NCBI GenBank assembly: GCA_964019335.1
Contig: OZ025672.1
Location: 558,001-622,000 of the forward strand
From: Diplonema japonicum
Taxonomy: Eukaryota; Protista; Euglenozoa: Diplonemea
Direction: 5' to 3'
Length of the DNA stretch: 64,000 nt
Both the position numbers and the translations under genes were made by a program. Shown piece after piece: positions 13,325 through 22,966 of this stretch. The stretch's first letter is position 1; every line of letters begins with the position of its first letter. The notes under the pieces are model-generated. The model ran no database searches, had not been told where the DNA came from, and was given only the letters and a program-made list of their open reading frames with translations.

Positions 13325-13870
13325 ACAATTGGATAACTGACGAAATCACGATGAAATTGAAGGAGAAAAACAAACTGAAACACAAGAAGGTAAAGACTTT
13401 AAATAACAGCGAGGATTTCATGGAAGAGGAAGATTTAGCAGCTTTTATACAACCGCACGGCAGCTGTGAACGTCAACGGCAACACCAGCAAGTACCACGA
13501 AAAAGAGCAACGAGTCCCCCAAGGCACAGTGCTGTCTCCCTTACTGTTCCTGTACGTGGACGACATCGCAAAGAAACTGGAGGGGGAGGGGCTGGATGGT
13601 GGAAACATAATCGCATCACTATTCGACCTGTTATAAGATGACACCTCCCGCCAAGATGGACAGCTCTGAAATCCCTACCCCTTCATCACCCGGAAGGAAC
13701 CCAATGTTCCTGGTGAAGTTCGACGAACAGGTAAGCTTCAAGGAACACCTGAAGTACACGGCCAACCGACTGGAAAACAGGATGCAGGTGATGAAAGCAC
13801 TGGCGGGTACGAAATGGTGCATGGGCGCACTGAGGACCGTCTACCTCACCTATGTTCTGCCAGTGGCAAC
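13325..13870 (+). mobile_element. Degenerate, internally deleted non-LTR retrotransposon (LINE, ingi-like) relic
   Basis: Frameshifted ORF2 motifs in the expected order: WITDEITMKLKEKNKL, (G)VPQGTVLSPLLFLYVDDI, FL(G)VKFDEQVSFKEH, MKALAGTKW..LRTVYLTYVLP. Confidence 0.85.
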
Positions 13871-13939
13871 GACGTCTTACCTACAAAGATGTCCAAACAC
13901 GTAAATAAAAGATATCGACAGAGCATGCCGGAAGGCAGC

Positions 13940-15196
13940 CTACATTTGAGCTCTTTTCTTCTTTACATGATGACCGGTGCGCAGTCTGAGTGCCTCAAGG
14001 CCTTCATGGTACAGGTTCCTCAGGCGTGGCAAGTGCTTCGTCTCCCGCATGCATTCAGGGAGCCTGTCCCGATGCCACTCCTCGACAGCGAACAGTGCTG
14101 GTGCCTTTTCGACAAAGGCGAGCTCCATCTTCTTGCCATCGGCCACCACCTTCGACCATTCCAAAGAGAAGAGCGACGGTAGATAATGAGGCGCGTCTGA
14201 CAGCACAGCGTTGTACCTGAGCCGCAAGGCATTCTCCATTGACAACATGGCTTGCGACTGGTATGCCGCTGCCTCGTCAAGCAGAGCACGTATCTCTTGG
14301 GGGAGGAGAAGGAACTTGGTGCGCGGCTTGCTGACCTTCGCACGCGTGCTGTACGTCGACCAGAAGGTGAGGAAGTCCTGCGTTTGCATCCTGCGTGACT
14401 CTTCCTTAAATTTCAGCAGCACTTGCATTTTGAACTGGAACAGCAGCATGGGTGGGCTTTTCTTGCGCGACGTCAGCACGGAGCAGCCCTTCCACAGAAA
14501 GAGCTCCGGGTTCGTCGCTTGCCGGAAAGCTTCAACTCGGCTTGGGTGCAGCTTGTAGATGCAGTCGCGCGACAGCACTACAGAAACACCTGTCTGCTGG
14601 GCATTGCGGTGCTTGTCCTCCTCGTTGTTCATCTGGCGCAGAGAGCACAGCACGGAGCACCTTCTAGCAGCGTAGGTCTTACGCCATGTCCGTTGGCAGT
14701 AAAGTAACCGTCTATGGAAGGCCTTAGCACACCTAGGCAACAAGGTCGCCTTCGCGTGGGCGGTGAGGAGGAACTTCACTTTCGCAATGGCCTGCTGCTT
14801 CTGCTTGAGGGACACCACAAAGGGCATCATAACCTTTAGGATGACACGCAAGTTCTTTCGGGACTTTTCGATATTGAGTTTTGCCATAAGGTACAGGGCA
14901 CCGTCCTTGGGCCCCAGATTCTTCCTGGAGAGGGGTACTTTGCTTTTCCTGTCACGCACGATGGACTTGCACTTCATCAGCAGCGGGTGGCAAAACACAG
15001 CAAGTGCCCACAGCATGTGCAGTGTGTACGCCCTTTCTTCAACAGGCGTCTCCTCTTGCAGCTCTCCCCGTGCCGCCGCCCAGTCATCTTCGTTGATGTC
15101 GCCACTCCTCACCAGCTCGCTCAACAGGAAGTCGTCCCTCTTCCTTGCGGCATCCCAAGCCCTCCGGTAGGCCGTGTGCTGCTGCCTGAGCGACAT
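13940..15196 (-). CDS. Hypothetical basic protein, possible IQ-like motif
   Basis: 418-aa ORF on the gene strand; weak IQ-like segment LYCQRTWRK. Confidence 0.65.
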   Translation of the reverse strand: MSLRQQHTAYRRAWDAARKRDDFLLSELVRSGDINEDDWAAARGELQEETPVEERAYTLHMLWALAVFCHPLLMKCKSIVRDRKSKVPLSRKNLGPKDGALYLMAKLNIEKSRKNLRVILKVMMPFVVSLKQKQQAIAKVKFLLTAHAKATLLPRCAKAFHRRLLYCQRTWRKTYAARRCSVLCSLRQMNNEEDKHRNAQQTGVSVVLSRDCIYKLHPSRVEAFRQATNPELFLWKGCSVLTSRKKSPPMLLFQFKMQVLLKFKEESRRMQTQDFLTFWSTYSTRAKVSKPRTKFLLLPQEIRALLDEAAAYQSQAMLSMENALRLRYNAVLSDAPHYLPSLFSLEWSKVVADGKKMELAFVEKAPALFAVEEWHRDRLPECMRETKHLPRLRNLYHEGLEALRLRTGHHVKKKRAQM

Positions 15197-15730
15197 GTCA
15201 TGTCAGGAGCACTCCCCTCAGTGTCTTTGCCTGCCAGACTTAAGAGCATGAACACATATAAGACAAGATAACTAAATACCAAGCTGCTGAACAACGTGTT
15301 CTATGTAACTAAAGGCCTTCGACACCGATACTTCCCTTTTAATACAAGTGTGAATGTGTAAATAAACAAAACCACGACCTATGCTGCGAGGTGGAGGCAA
15401 CTGACGGGTGGCTGTGCGCATGACGGCCGACTGCACTGCTGAAGAAGGGTGCAGCGGTCTTTCAAATAGAGGGCTACAGGCGAAGTGCGGATGGTGCCAG
15501 AAGGGTGATGGTACCACACAAACTTCATCTCTCACTTCCTTGTCCGCTGAGGTGCATGTATGGAAAGCGACAGCATCTTCTTGTCTAATATCCTATTGTG
15601 GGGCTGGGGTGCAGCAAAGCGAAGCAATAACAAGAGGGAGGGAACACGGTGGTGAGTGCCACCCGCGCCTTCAGCAGTTGCAGAAAGACGCAAAATAAAA
15701 AAAATGAGGGAAGACGTAAAAGAGGAGGCC

Positions 15731-16144
15731 CTAGTTCTTCTTGCTCTTGCTCTTGCTCTTCTTCGTCACGTCACCACCGCCGAAGGTCCCGACAGCGCCG
15801 GCACCAGCAGCAAGGGCGTGGGTCGCAAGCTCCTTGGGAAGCTGCATCTTCACTGCCGCCATCACAGCCTTGGAGCTCAGCGTCTTCACCTGGGCATGCG
15901 TGGTGAGGCGCCCCGCCTCTCCGGCGAGCCTGTCGAACAGGTCTACCACGAAGGAGTTCACGATCGCCATCCCCTTCGCCGTGATCTGCACCTTGCTGCC
16001 CTTGGTGTCCTGCGTCCTCATCAGCCTGTGGATGTACGTGTTGTAGTTCGCGTAGCTTGACTTCTTCCTCCTCTTCTCCCCATCCTCTTCCTTCTTCACC
16101 TTCTTCGACACCTTCTTCTCTTTCTTCTCCTTCCTCGCGGGCAT
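15731..16144 (-). CDS. H2B: Divergent histone H2B variant
   Basis: Histone-fold motifs YNTYIHRLM, ITAKGMAIVNSFVVDLFDRLAGEAGRL, TLSSKAVMAAVKMQLPKELATHA. Lys-rich N- and C-tails; intact and intronless. Confidence 0.9.
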   Translation of the reverse strand: MPARKEKKEKKVSKKVKKEEDGEKRRKKSSYANYNTYIHRLMRTQDTKGSKVQITAKGMAIVNSFVVDLFDRLAGEAGRLTTHAQVKTLSSKAVMAAVKMQLPKELATHALAAGAGAVGTFGGGDVTKKSKSKSKKN

Positions 16145-16474
16145 CTTTCTTTTTTGAAGGTTGGGGCTAAAAGTTGCTGTGTATGCATGTGTGTGGTTAG
16201 GTGTTGAAGGTGAATTCAGAAGAAACGCCAACAACGTAACGGCCGGCGCTCTACGGGCACCCCCCTGTACTCTGCACAGCAGCCCAGAAGGGAAGAAGAG
16301 TTAAAAAACTCAAATCAACATGCAAGCCCCCTGAGACGAAAGCCGCATGGCCCCAAAAGGGGGAGGGGGTATAATCAGTACTAGGTATCTCAAACTCTAC
16401 ACTCTGCGCTCTAAAAAAGGAAACTAGGGATCGTTACCTGGACCTCAAATGGGATAACATGACGAGTGTTAAGG

Positions 16475-16809
16475 TCAAGGATAAGAAGTACCTAGGCCAG
16501 TGTAGAGGGTGCGGCCCTGCTTCCTGAGAGCGAAGAGGATGTCTTCGGCCCGCACGATCTTCCTCCCTGTGAGCCCCATAAGGGTCGAAGTGTTGGCAAT
16601 CACTTCGTTCACGAAGGACCACAGGGTGACCCTCGCCGCTGAAGGCCTCCTTTGTGATCCTCTTGCACCCACCACGCCTAGCCAGCCTCCTGATGCCACC
16701 CTTTGTAATCCCACGCCGGACCCTCACCCCCCTAAAGGCACCGAGCCTCTCTTCGCTTTCACCACGGACACCACCTTCCCCTGCGCGGTGGTCTTCCCTC
16801 GTCTGCCAT
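16475..16809 (-). pseudogene. H4: Divergent histone H4 pseudogene (at least 3 frameshifts)
   Basis: Pieces in different frames: MA(G)RGKTTAQGK, GITKGGIRRLARRGGCKRI, and RKIVRAEDILFALRKQGRTLY. Confidence 0.85.
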
Positions 16810-16907
16810 TTACGGGTGCTTGCTTTCTGAGATATCGATAAGTTGATTGTCATCAGAAAGCAAACATATGGTCAGGTTGAGATGTTTTCAAAAATACAAA
16901 TAAGGTA

Positions 16908-17220
16908 TTAACAAGTGCTCAGAAATGCTCTGACCATGACGGCTGCCTGGAAGAGCCCGGCCATGTAGCTCTCTGTTGCCTCCTGCACCGCCTCAAGCGC
17001 CGACGGCTTGAGGGACAGCCCCAGCAACTTCGACGTCTTCTGCAGTTTGAAGATCTCACGCAGGGCCACGGTTTCGGCCTCCACCTCCTCTTCCTTTCGC
17101 TGCTCTCCTTCTTGCTCTTCTTCAACTTTTTCTTCTCCTTCCTCAACTTCTTCTCAACCTCACCTTCGGAGGCCTCCCTCCTGTGGACTTCAGCGACTGC
17201 TGGGTTGACGAACGCGGCAT
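16908..17220 (-). pseudogene. H3: Divergent histone H3 pseudogene (frameshifts, internal deletion, 3' truncation)
   Basis: MPRSSTQQSLKSTGGRPPK / KRRWRP / TVALREIFKLQKTSKLL joins directly to LSLKPSALEAVQEATESYMAGLF. The alpha-1 block and the C-terminus are missing. Confidence 0.8.
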
Positions 17221-17311
17221 CTTTTCTTCTTTTTTTATTTTTTTTCCTTTTCTTTTAAACCTGGCGGCATAAAGATATTGCGGCCAGCGTCCACCTCAGG
17301 TGTGTTAATAA

Positions 17312-19429
17312 CTAGATGCGGACTATGTCAACACCAACCTCTGACGCAAGACTGCTCTGATTGTGTTCCGGCCCTGAATGGCCTAAGAGGACTACTTTGC
17401 ACCTGAAGGGTTGGCCCACCTTCGCAAGGAGGGAGGTGAAGGCTATGAAGCGGTGTGACTTCATTGTGAAGTCAAACAAGTGAATCAGGTTCAAAGCGTC
17501 TACAGCAGCGTGTGCGAGAAGCTGCTCCGTGACTCTTATGACTTCGACGTGTGGGAGGGCCATCATTTCGTAGATATCGGTGTCGGCGCCGTTCTTCAAG
17601 ATTTCTTCGGCCAGCAGACAGAAGGGGATGAAGACCTTACAGCAATCGGTGATTTGCTCTGTATGAGTACGTAGCAGCTCGAGGTCTGAGAGCACATGAA
17701 TCTTGCCTAGCCCACGGACGTAGTGTGACAGTTGCGGAAGTGTGGTACAGCTGCTACCACGTAGCATGCCCTTCCCTACTACCTTGTGCTCCATGTCAGG
17801 GTACACCTCCTGTGCCAGCCGTAGGGCGATGGCATAGTCCGTCGTAGAGCACAGCACCTCCGACAGGGCGTACCATGCTTCCTTCGTCTTCGACTTCAGA
17901 GACTTGAATATTTCTAAGGGCATCTTGAGAGGGATCTTAGCCTTCGCCTGTCTCAACATAATAGTCGTCAAGCATGAGTTGTCGACTGCAATGTCCCTTC
18001 GTCTGGCAGTGTCTAGGTACTGCTGCGCGTTGGCATGTCCTTGGCAGGCTGAGACCTCGACGATGAGGCTCACCGCCTGTGACGTGGGCGTCCAGTGCTG
18101 TGTGGTGAGCCAGGTCCACGCCTCATGGATATCGTGAGAAGAGACCTGCGGTGAGTTGATGATGCTAGACACCAGGAGGTCACCCGTTTCAGGTATTGAC
18201 TTCAGCTTGAGCCGCATAATCAGGTTAACTAGAGAAAACGCTTCTTTCACAAGCCCTTCACGGGCAGTTGCTTCCAGTAACGAATGTATGCCGTCCAGCC
18301 GCAGGACACCGGCTTGAAAAGCCCGCTCCACCAAAGCGATGCCTGCACCGAGGTCGCCAGCAACCCCTGCCCCGTGGATGAGGGCGCTGTACCTCTCGGA
18401 GTCGTCGATTGTGCCGTGTCCGATGGCAGCGTCCATCTTCAGCGCCCCTTCCATGTCGCCAGCATTGCAGTATGCTCGCAGCAGCTCGCGCTGCATAGCC
18501 GTCGTGGCGATGTTCCCCATTCCCTCGTAGTCCTGCTGCAGCCGTTCAGCTGCTTTGAAGTCACCTACTGCTGCAAATGCTGAGACTGCCAGCAGCACGC
18601 TCTTCTCTGTTATAAGTACCTTCCGTTGTTTCATTTCGTCGAACAGCTCCAGCGCGAAGCCCGTCTCGCCTGCTTGTATTGCTGCCGTCATCACCATGCC
18701 GTAGTGGCGCTCCTCACCGAAGGTCACAAGCTCTTGGAATACTTCACATGCCGCATCCAGGTCGCGACCTAGGCACGCAGAGCGGAGCAGTGCTGTGTGC
18801 GCCTCGCGTTCGAATGGCACTTCTGAGTCTAGACAAGCATCGCGCATCTTGAAAGCCTTCTTAACATCGTCCTTACCTGTCTCCTTATTGCTCTTCATCT
18901 CATCTGCGTGCCTACCGATGACAGTAGCAACGTGCCTGTCAGTAAGCTCGAGGTTGCCACTCTTGTGCAATGTAATCAGATGCAACAACACAACGACAGG
19001 CTCGGGGCATCCAACTGCCTGAAATAAAGACGCTACATCCATCCCCCGCTCCCTTAACGTGTCCACTGCCACTTGGTATGTTGCCGCATCGGCATTGATG
19101 TCCCTTACACCTGCCTCCTCTGCCTCCTCAAGACTTAGCGTGGTCGGTGCAAACTCATTATCTTCAATCTTCCCAATTGAGGTGTCCATCCCAGGGTACA
19201 TGTAGAACTTCGTCCGCTCCATGTTGAGGTCCCGCAGCTTTGATGCAATGTCTTTCTTTATCTGCGGGTCGTGTTTCTTGAGGAGTTCCCTCCGCAGCGT
19301 CCGCTCATGGACCGTAAGCTCCTCTAAATACTTCGCGGTGGCCGTGCAGCGACGCAGCTGTCTTCGCAACATTTTTCTTTTTGCCGACCTAAAATGCGAT
19401 ACTGTCATTTTATATCTGGTGCGTATCAT
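17312..19429 (-). CDS. Pentatricopeptide-repeat protein with possible degenerate C-terminal PIN-like domain
   Basis: Tandem ~35-aa repeats (HTALLRSACLGRDLDAACEVFQEL, YGMVMTAAIQAGETGFALELFDEM, ELLRAYCNAGDMEGALKM). The basic N-terminus resembles a mitochondrial presequence. Confidence 0.85.
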   Translation of the reverse strand: MIRTRYKMTVSHFRSAKRKMLRRQLRRCTATAKYLEELTVHERTLRRELLKKHDPQIKKDIASKLRDLNMERTKFYMYPGMDTSIGKIEDNEFAPTTLSLEEAEEAGVRDINADAATYQVAVDTLRERGMDVASLFQAVGCPEPVVVLLHLITLHKSGNLELTDRHVATVIGRHADEMKSNKETGKDDVKKAFKMRDACLDSEVPFEREAHTALLRSACLGRDLDAACEVFQELVTFGEERHYGMVMTAAIQAGETGFALELFDEMKQRKVLITEKSVLLAVSAFAAVGDFKAAERLQQDYEGMGNIATTAMQRELLRAYCNAGDMEGALKMDAAIGHGTIDDSERYSALIHGAGVAGDLGAGIALVERAFQAGVLRLDGIHSLLEATAREGLVKEAFSLVNLIMRLKLKSIPETGDLLVSSIINSPQVSSHDIHEAWTWLTTQHWTPTSQAVSLIVEVSACQGHANAQQYLDTARRRDIAVDNSCLTTIMLRQAKAKIPLKMPLEIFKSLKSKTKEAWYALSEVLCSTTDYAIALRLAQEVYPDMEHKVVGKGMLRGSSCTTLPQLSHYVRGLGKIHVLSDLELLRTHTEQITDCCKVFIPFCLLAEEILKNGADTDIYEMMALPHVEVIRVTEQLLAHAAVDALNLIHLFDFTMKSHRFIAFTSLLAKVGQPFRCKVVLLGHSGPEHNQSSLASEVGVDIVRI

Positions 19430-19430
19430 A

Positions 19431-20483
19431 TCACAGACACTGTTGCGCAGCAGCAGCAGCACAGTTTCGAGCAATCTCCAGTGCCTCCTTGTAGGGGTGT
19501 AGCGTGGCGGTGTCAATCTCAAAGTACTCGTTAAGGATCCTCAACTTCCCTTCCTTCTTCGTCGGGAGCCCCAAGATGTACTCGAGTGTGTCGTACGAAC
19601 CGTCACCCACGAGCATGCCGAACACGGCATAGCCGGGGCCCTTGCCTCCCTTGTCCAGGGCACGGTTGTGCCGCGCATTGATGAAGTACTCTGTAGTAGC
19701 ACTGTTGGGAGACTGTGACCTGGCCATTGACAGCGTGCCTCTCTTGTTAGGTATGTTCGGTTCTAGAGGGATGCCGGTAAACTTCCCAGGCTTGGCGCGC
19801 TTTGTCACAGTGCGGGCACCTCCTTGCAGCACAAAACCCGGCTCCGCCCTGTAAAAAACTGTTTTGTTATAGAACCCCTTTGTGACCAAGGAGACCCAAT
19901 TACCAACCGTCACAGGGGCGGCCTCCTCGAAGAGGGCGACCACCATGGGGCATGTCGTGGCGTTAGTGAACCTGAGCACCACGGCTTGCTTGATGTCGCA
20001 CATTGGTACGACGTCACGTGGGAAGCGGCGCATGGGCAGGGGCAAGGTCAGGGGCTTGTTCTTGTTGCTGCGGGGTTGTGTGTGCGCTATGCTGCCAAAA
20101 TGTATGAACGATATGCGACGCCCGCCGTAGTAGCGCTGCTCCTCGGCGAACTGCTTGCGAAGGGTAAAGTCTCCAGATGCAACGATGTCCACCTTGTGTC
20201 GCACTAAGACAGGCAGCAAGTGGGTGGACAAGTATGTGCTCTTCCTGATATCTTCGGGAGACACAAACACCTTATACTGTGCTTCTGAGTGCTTCTCAAA
20301 CACCTCGCGTGTCCATGCCACGCGAGCCACTGTCTCATGCCCTACGTTCCCCAGTGTAACAACCAGCATATCATCAACTTCGATAACCTCTGTCGCCCCT
20401 CCGCTAAGCGCAACCCTGCTCCATGGCACGCTCTCAAGATCAAGAACTGCGAGGCACGACAACAGCACCCACAGCATCTCCAT
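19431..20483 (-). CDS. Cyclophilin-type PPIase with hydrophobic N-terminus
   Basis: APVTVGNW, GFYNKTVFYRAEPGFVLQGG, NKRGTLSMAR, SATTEYFIN, GYAVFG. Confidence 0.88.
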   Translation of the reverse strand: MEMLWVLLSCLAVLDLESVPWSRVALSGGATEVIEVDDMLVVTLGNVGHETVARVAWTREVFEKHSEAQYKVFVSPEDIRKSTYLSTHLLPVLVRHKVDIVASGDFTLRKQFAEEQRYYGGRRISFIHFGSIAHTQPRSNKNKPLTLPLPMRRFPRDVVPMCDIKQAVVLRFTNATTCPMVVALFEEAAPVTVGNWVSLVTKGFYNKTVFYRAEPGFVLQGGARTVTKRAKPGKFTGIPLEPNIPNKRGTLSMARSQSPNSATTEYFINARHNRALDKGGKGPGYAVFGMLVGDGSYDTLEYILGLPTKKEGKLRILNEYFEIDTATLHPYKEALEIARNCAAAAAQQCL

Positions 20484-20744
20484 GCATCGCGTCTGAAGGA
20501 GTAGCAATGATGAATAACTAAACAGCGTCAATAGTAAATAAAGTAAGCCAACAAGATACAAAAGCGAGTGACCCGCCAATGGCTTTTTTCTAACTGGGAT
20601 AGACGGCCACCGCAGCCATGTAGCGACGGAAGCCTTTTTGGTTTCTTCTTTTCTTTTTTTTTTTGTGGAGGGGTTAACCACATGACACAGAAAGTGACTG
20701 AGATAAGGGGCCCCGTGTTGTGGCTCTATGGTCTAGGGATAGGG

Positions 20745-22258
20745 TTAACTGCCTAACCTTCGATGCTTAGGGTTACAAGGTTCATCTTCACATCTTCTTT
20801 TTTTGGATTCTAGAGAAACAGGGTTTTCGGGGATGGTTTCTGGGCTCTGGATTGGTGGGCTTTGACTCAGCTGGCTGGGGCGCATCACGCGTGCTGGGGG
20901 CTCGTCGTCTTCATCGTCTTCTTCGCAGCTGTTCTCCTCCCTTTCTTCTTCTTCTTCTTCTTCTTCTTCTTCTTCCTCCTCGTTGTCCTCCTCTTGTTCC
21001 ATATCGCACATTGTGGACACTGTCGGCAGCGTGTTCGCAAAGTTTTCAAACCACGCTGCAGAATCCACGCCCTCAGGGGGGGCGCCTGAATACATTGCTA
21101 GCTCATCCTCCTTCCCTGTCGGGTCCTCGCAGAGCAGCTTATACCGTAGCTCTAGTGCCTCCCCTAGTGTGTACCCTGCCAGTGATGCCATGCTCTCGTA
21201 TGCGACTTTGAAATCCTCACCTACCTCGAACCGCCTGTTGTACTTCTTGTTGTCGTGCGCATACCCTGGTATGAAGATCCGCTCCCCTTTCGTTGTGACG
21301 TCGCTCAGGCTCTCACCCAGCACTGCTACGATGCATGTCAGCTGTATTTTTTTTTGTGTTTTCAATTTAAACCGCGCCACATACGTTGTCCTTCGACCCC
21401 CGTCGTAGCGACTCGTCGCATACGTCAGCAGCCACCTCCTTCGCGCTCTGTGTGTCGTGCTAAAAGCCCAGTGCATACCCTCCCCTGTCGGAGGCTGTCC
21501 CCTACGAAGGAGACAAGCTCCTGCACGGTGAACGAGTCGCCTTCGGTCACACCATCGCAGCACAGGATGAAGAAGTCGCCAGGGTGTGATGTCACACGTG
21601 TGACATCGGCATATGCAGTGACGGCCTGCTGGCGGGAGGAAAGGTGCGGGGTTGTTTTGTACTTGCTGTCGCCGAACGCTCGCGAGACAGCAAGTTGGCC
21701 GTTTACACGGTTGTTGACAATGGCGCCACCTGCGGCCATGACCCGTTCCGACTCCGAGGCCAGCGAAGGGGAGTGGTCGACGGTGAGGGGGACTGCGGTG
21801 TAAGTGTCTGAAGGGCCACAGCGGCCAAGGATAACTCTGGAGTCGCCTATGTTGCTGACAATGGTGCTGTATGCAGACTCGCCTTCAGGGGTGCGGAAGG
21901 GGATCAGCACGGCAACCGCAGCAGTGCTTCCATTGTTGCTTGTGTCCAGTGCTTCGTTGATCTCCCTGTCGATCGTGAGCTGCATTTCGATTAGTTCCTC
22001 GTCCTGTATGTCGTAGCCTCGTTGCAGTCCTACTATTTTCGACAAAAGCGTCTCGTTAAGATACTTGCTCACTGCCGGCCCTCCATGTCCATCGTAGACA
22101 CCCATTGCAGCGCACGAAGCAGACACGACCACTCCATGAGCATCCTCCATTCGCCGCCGCCACCCGTGCATGCATGCCGTGCCAATGACAAGGCCCCCCT
22201 CCGCCTCCACCCCCGTCACTATTTTGCTTGTCAATGGCTGCGGCAGGTGTTGTCCCAT
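20745..22258 (-). CDS. Protein phosphatase 2C (PPM family), 3 exons, acidic C-terminal tail
   Basis: GWRRRMEDAH, VYDGHGG, NIGDSR, DHSP, LAVSRAFGD, CCDGV, and after splicing GSKDNLT. The N-terminal MG suggests myristoylation. Confidence 0.93.
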
Positions 22259-22548
22259 AGCCGCCTATCTAGGTTTGTGGTTGGGATTTGGGAAACACAC
22301 AAAAAAAAAAGGGGAGAAAGAAGAAAACAAGAAGAAGGCAATATAGGCAAGTTGTTCTTTGTTATGTGCAATGGCTGAAACTTAATGAAAGTGATTATTT
22401 TTGCACGTTGCCGAGCATTTGCTTTTTTTCTTCATTTTTCTCTTTTCTTTTTCTTTTTCACTTTGATGACACGTGTTTCTGTTCATCATAAAAAGCAATT
22501 AGATATGATGGGAAGGAAATGCTTACGTCGCCCCACCAGGAAAAAAAG

Positions 22549-22592
<44 letters not shown>

Positions 22593-22776
22593 ACAAAGCT
22601 GAAAAACAAAACAACCAGGGAGAATAAATGACGGGTGCCTCGGAAGAAGTTGAATGGGCGGGGGAGGGACAAGAAAGAGAGAGAAAAAACACATTGCACA
22701 TTCTGCGAATCACAACCCCAAGGAGTGGATACTTGACATGCTTTTCATTTCTTTTTTTTTTTTTTTTTTTTTTCTC

Positions 22777-22907
22777 GCGGCTGCCGATATGGGAGCTAGC
22801 CATTCTGGATCAAGGAGGGGTAGCGCCCGAGGGCACCGTCTGACGATCCGACGAGACCGATGAAAGCCGGAGAGCGGCGGTCTATCGGTCTACCATAAGA
22901 CAACCGC
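22777..22907 (-). ncRNA. Candidate structured RNA element of unknown family
   Basis: GC-rich island with a terminal stem closed by G.U pairs on the minus strand, three internal hairpins and a possible GGAUC/GAUCC pseudoknot. Confidence 0.4.
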
Positions 22908-22966
22908 AGGGGGGTAAAAAAGAGGGGGTTTATTTGAAAAGATTTTTCTGATATTATTTTTTGTGT

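Noticed and set aside
15200-15730. H2A completing the histone cluster
   Set aside because: No H2A motifs were found downstream of H2B.
16475-17220. H3/H4 as functional genes rescued by editing or frameshifting
   Set aside because: H3 also lacks an internal helix and its C-terminus, and similar G losses occur in the LINE relic. Decay is the simpler explanation.
22840-22882. Hammerhead-like CTGACGA...GAAA on the plus strand
   Set aside because: Stem II does not form and no UH cleavage triplet follows stem III.
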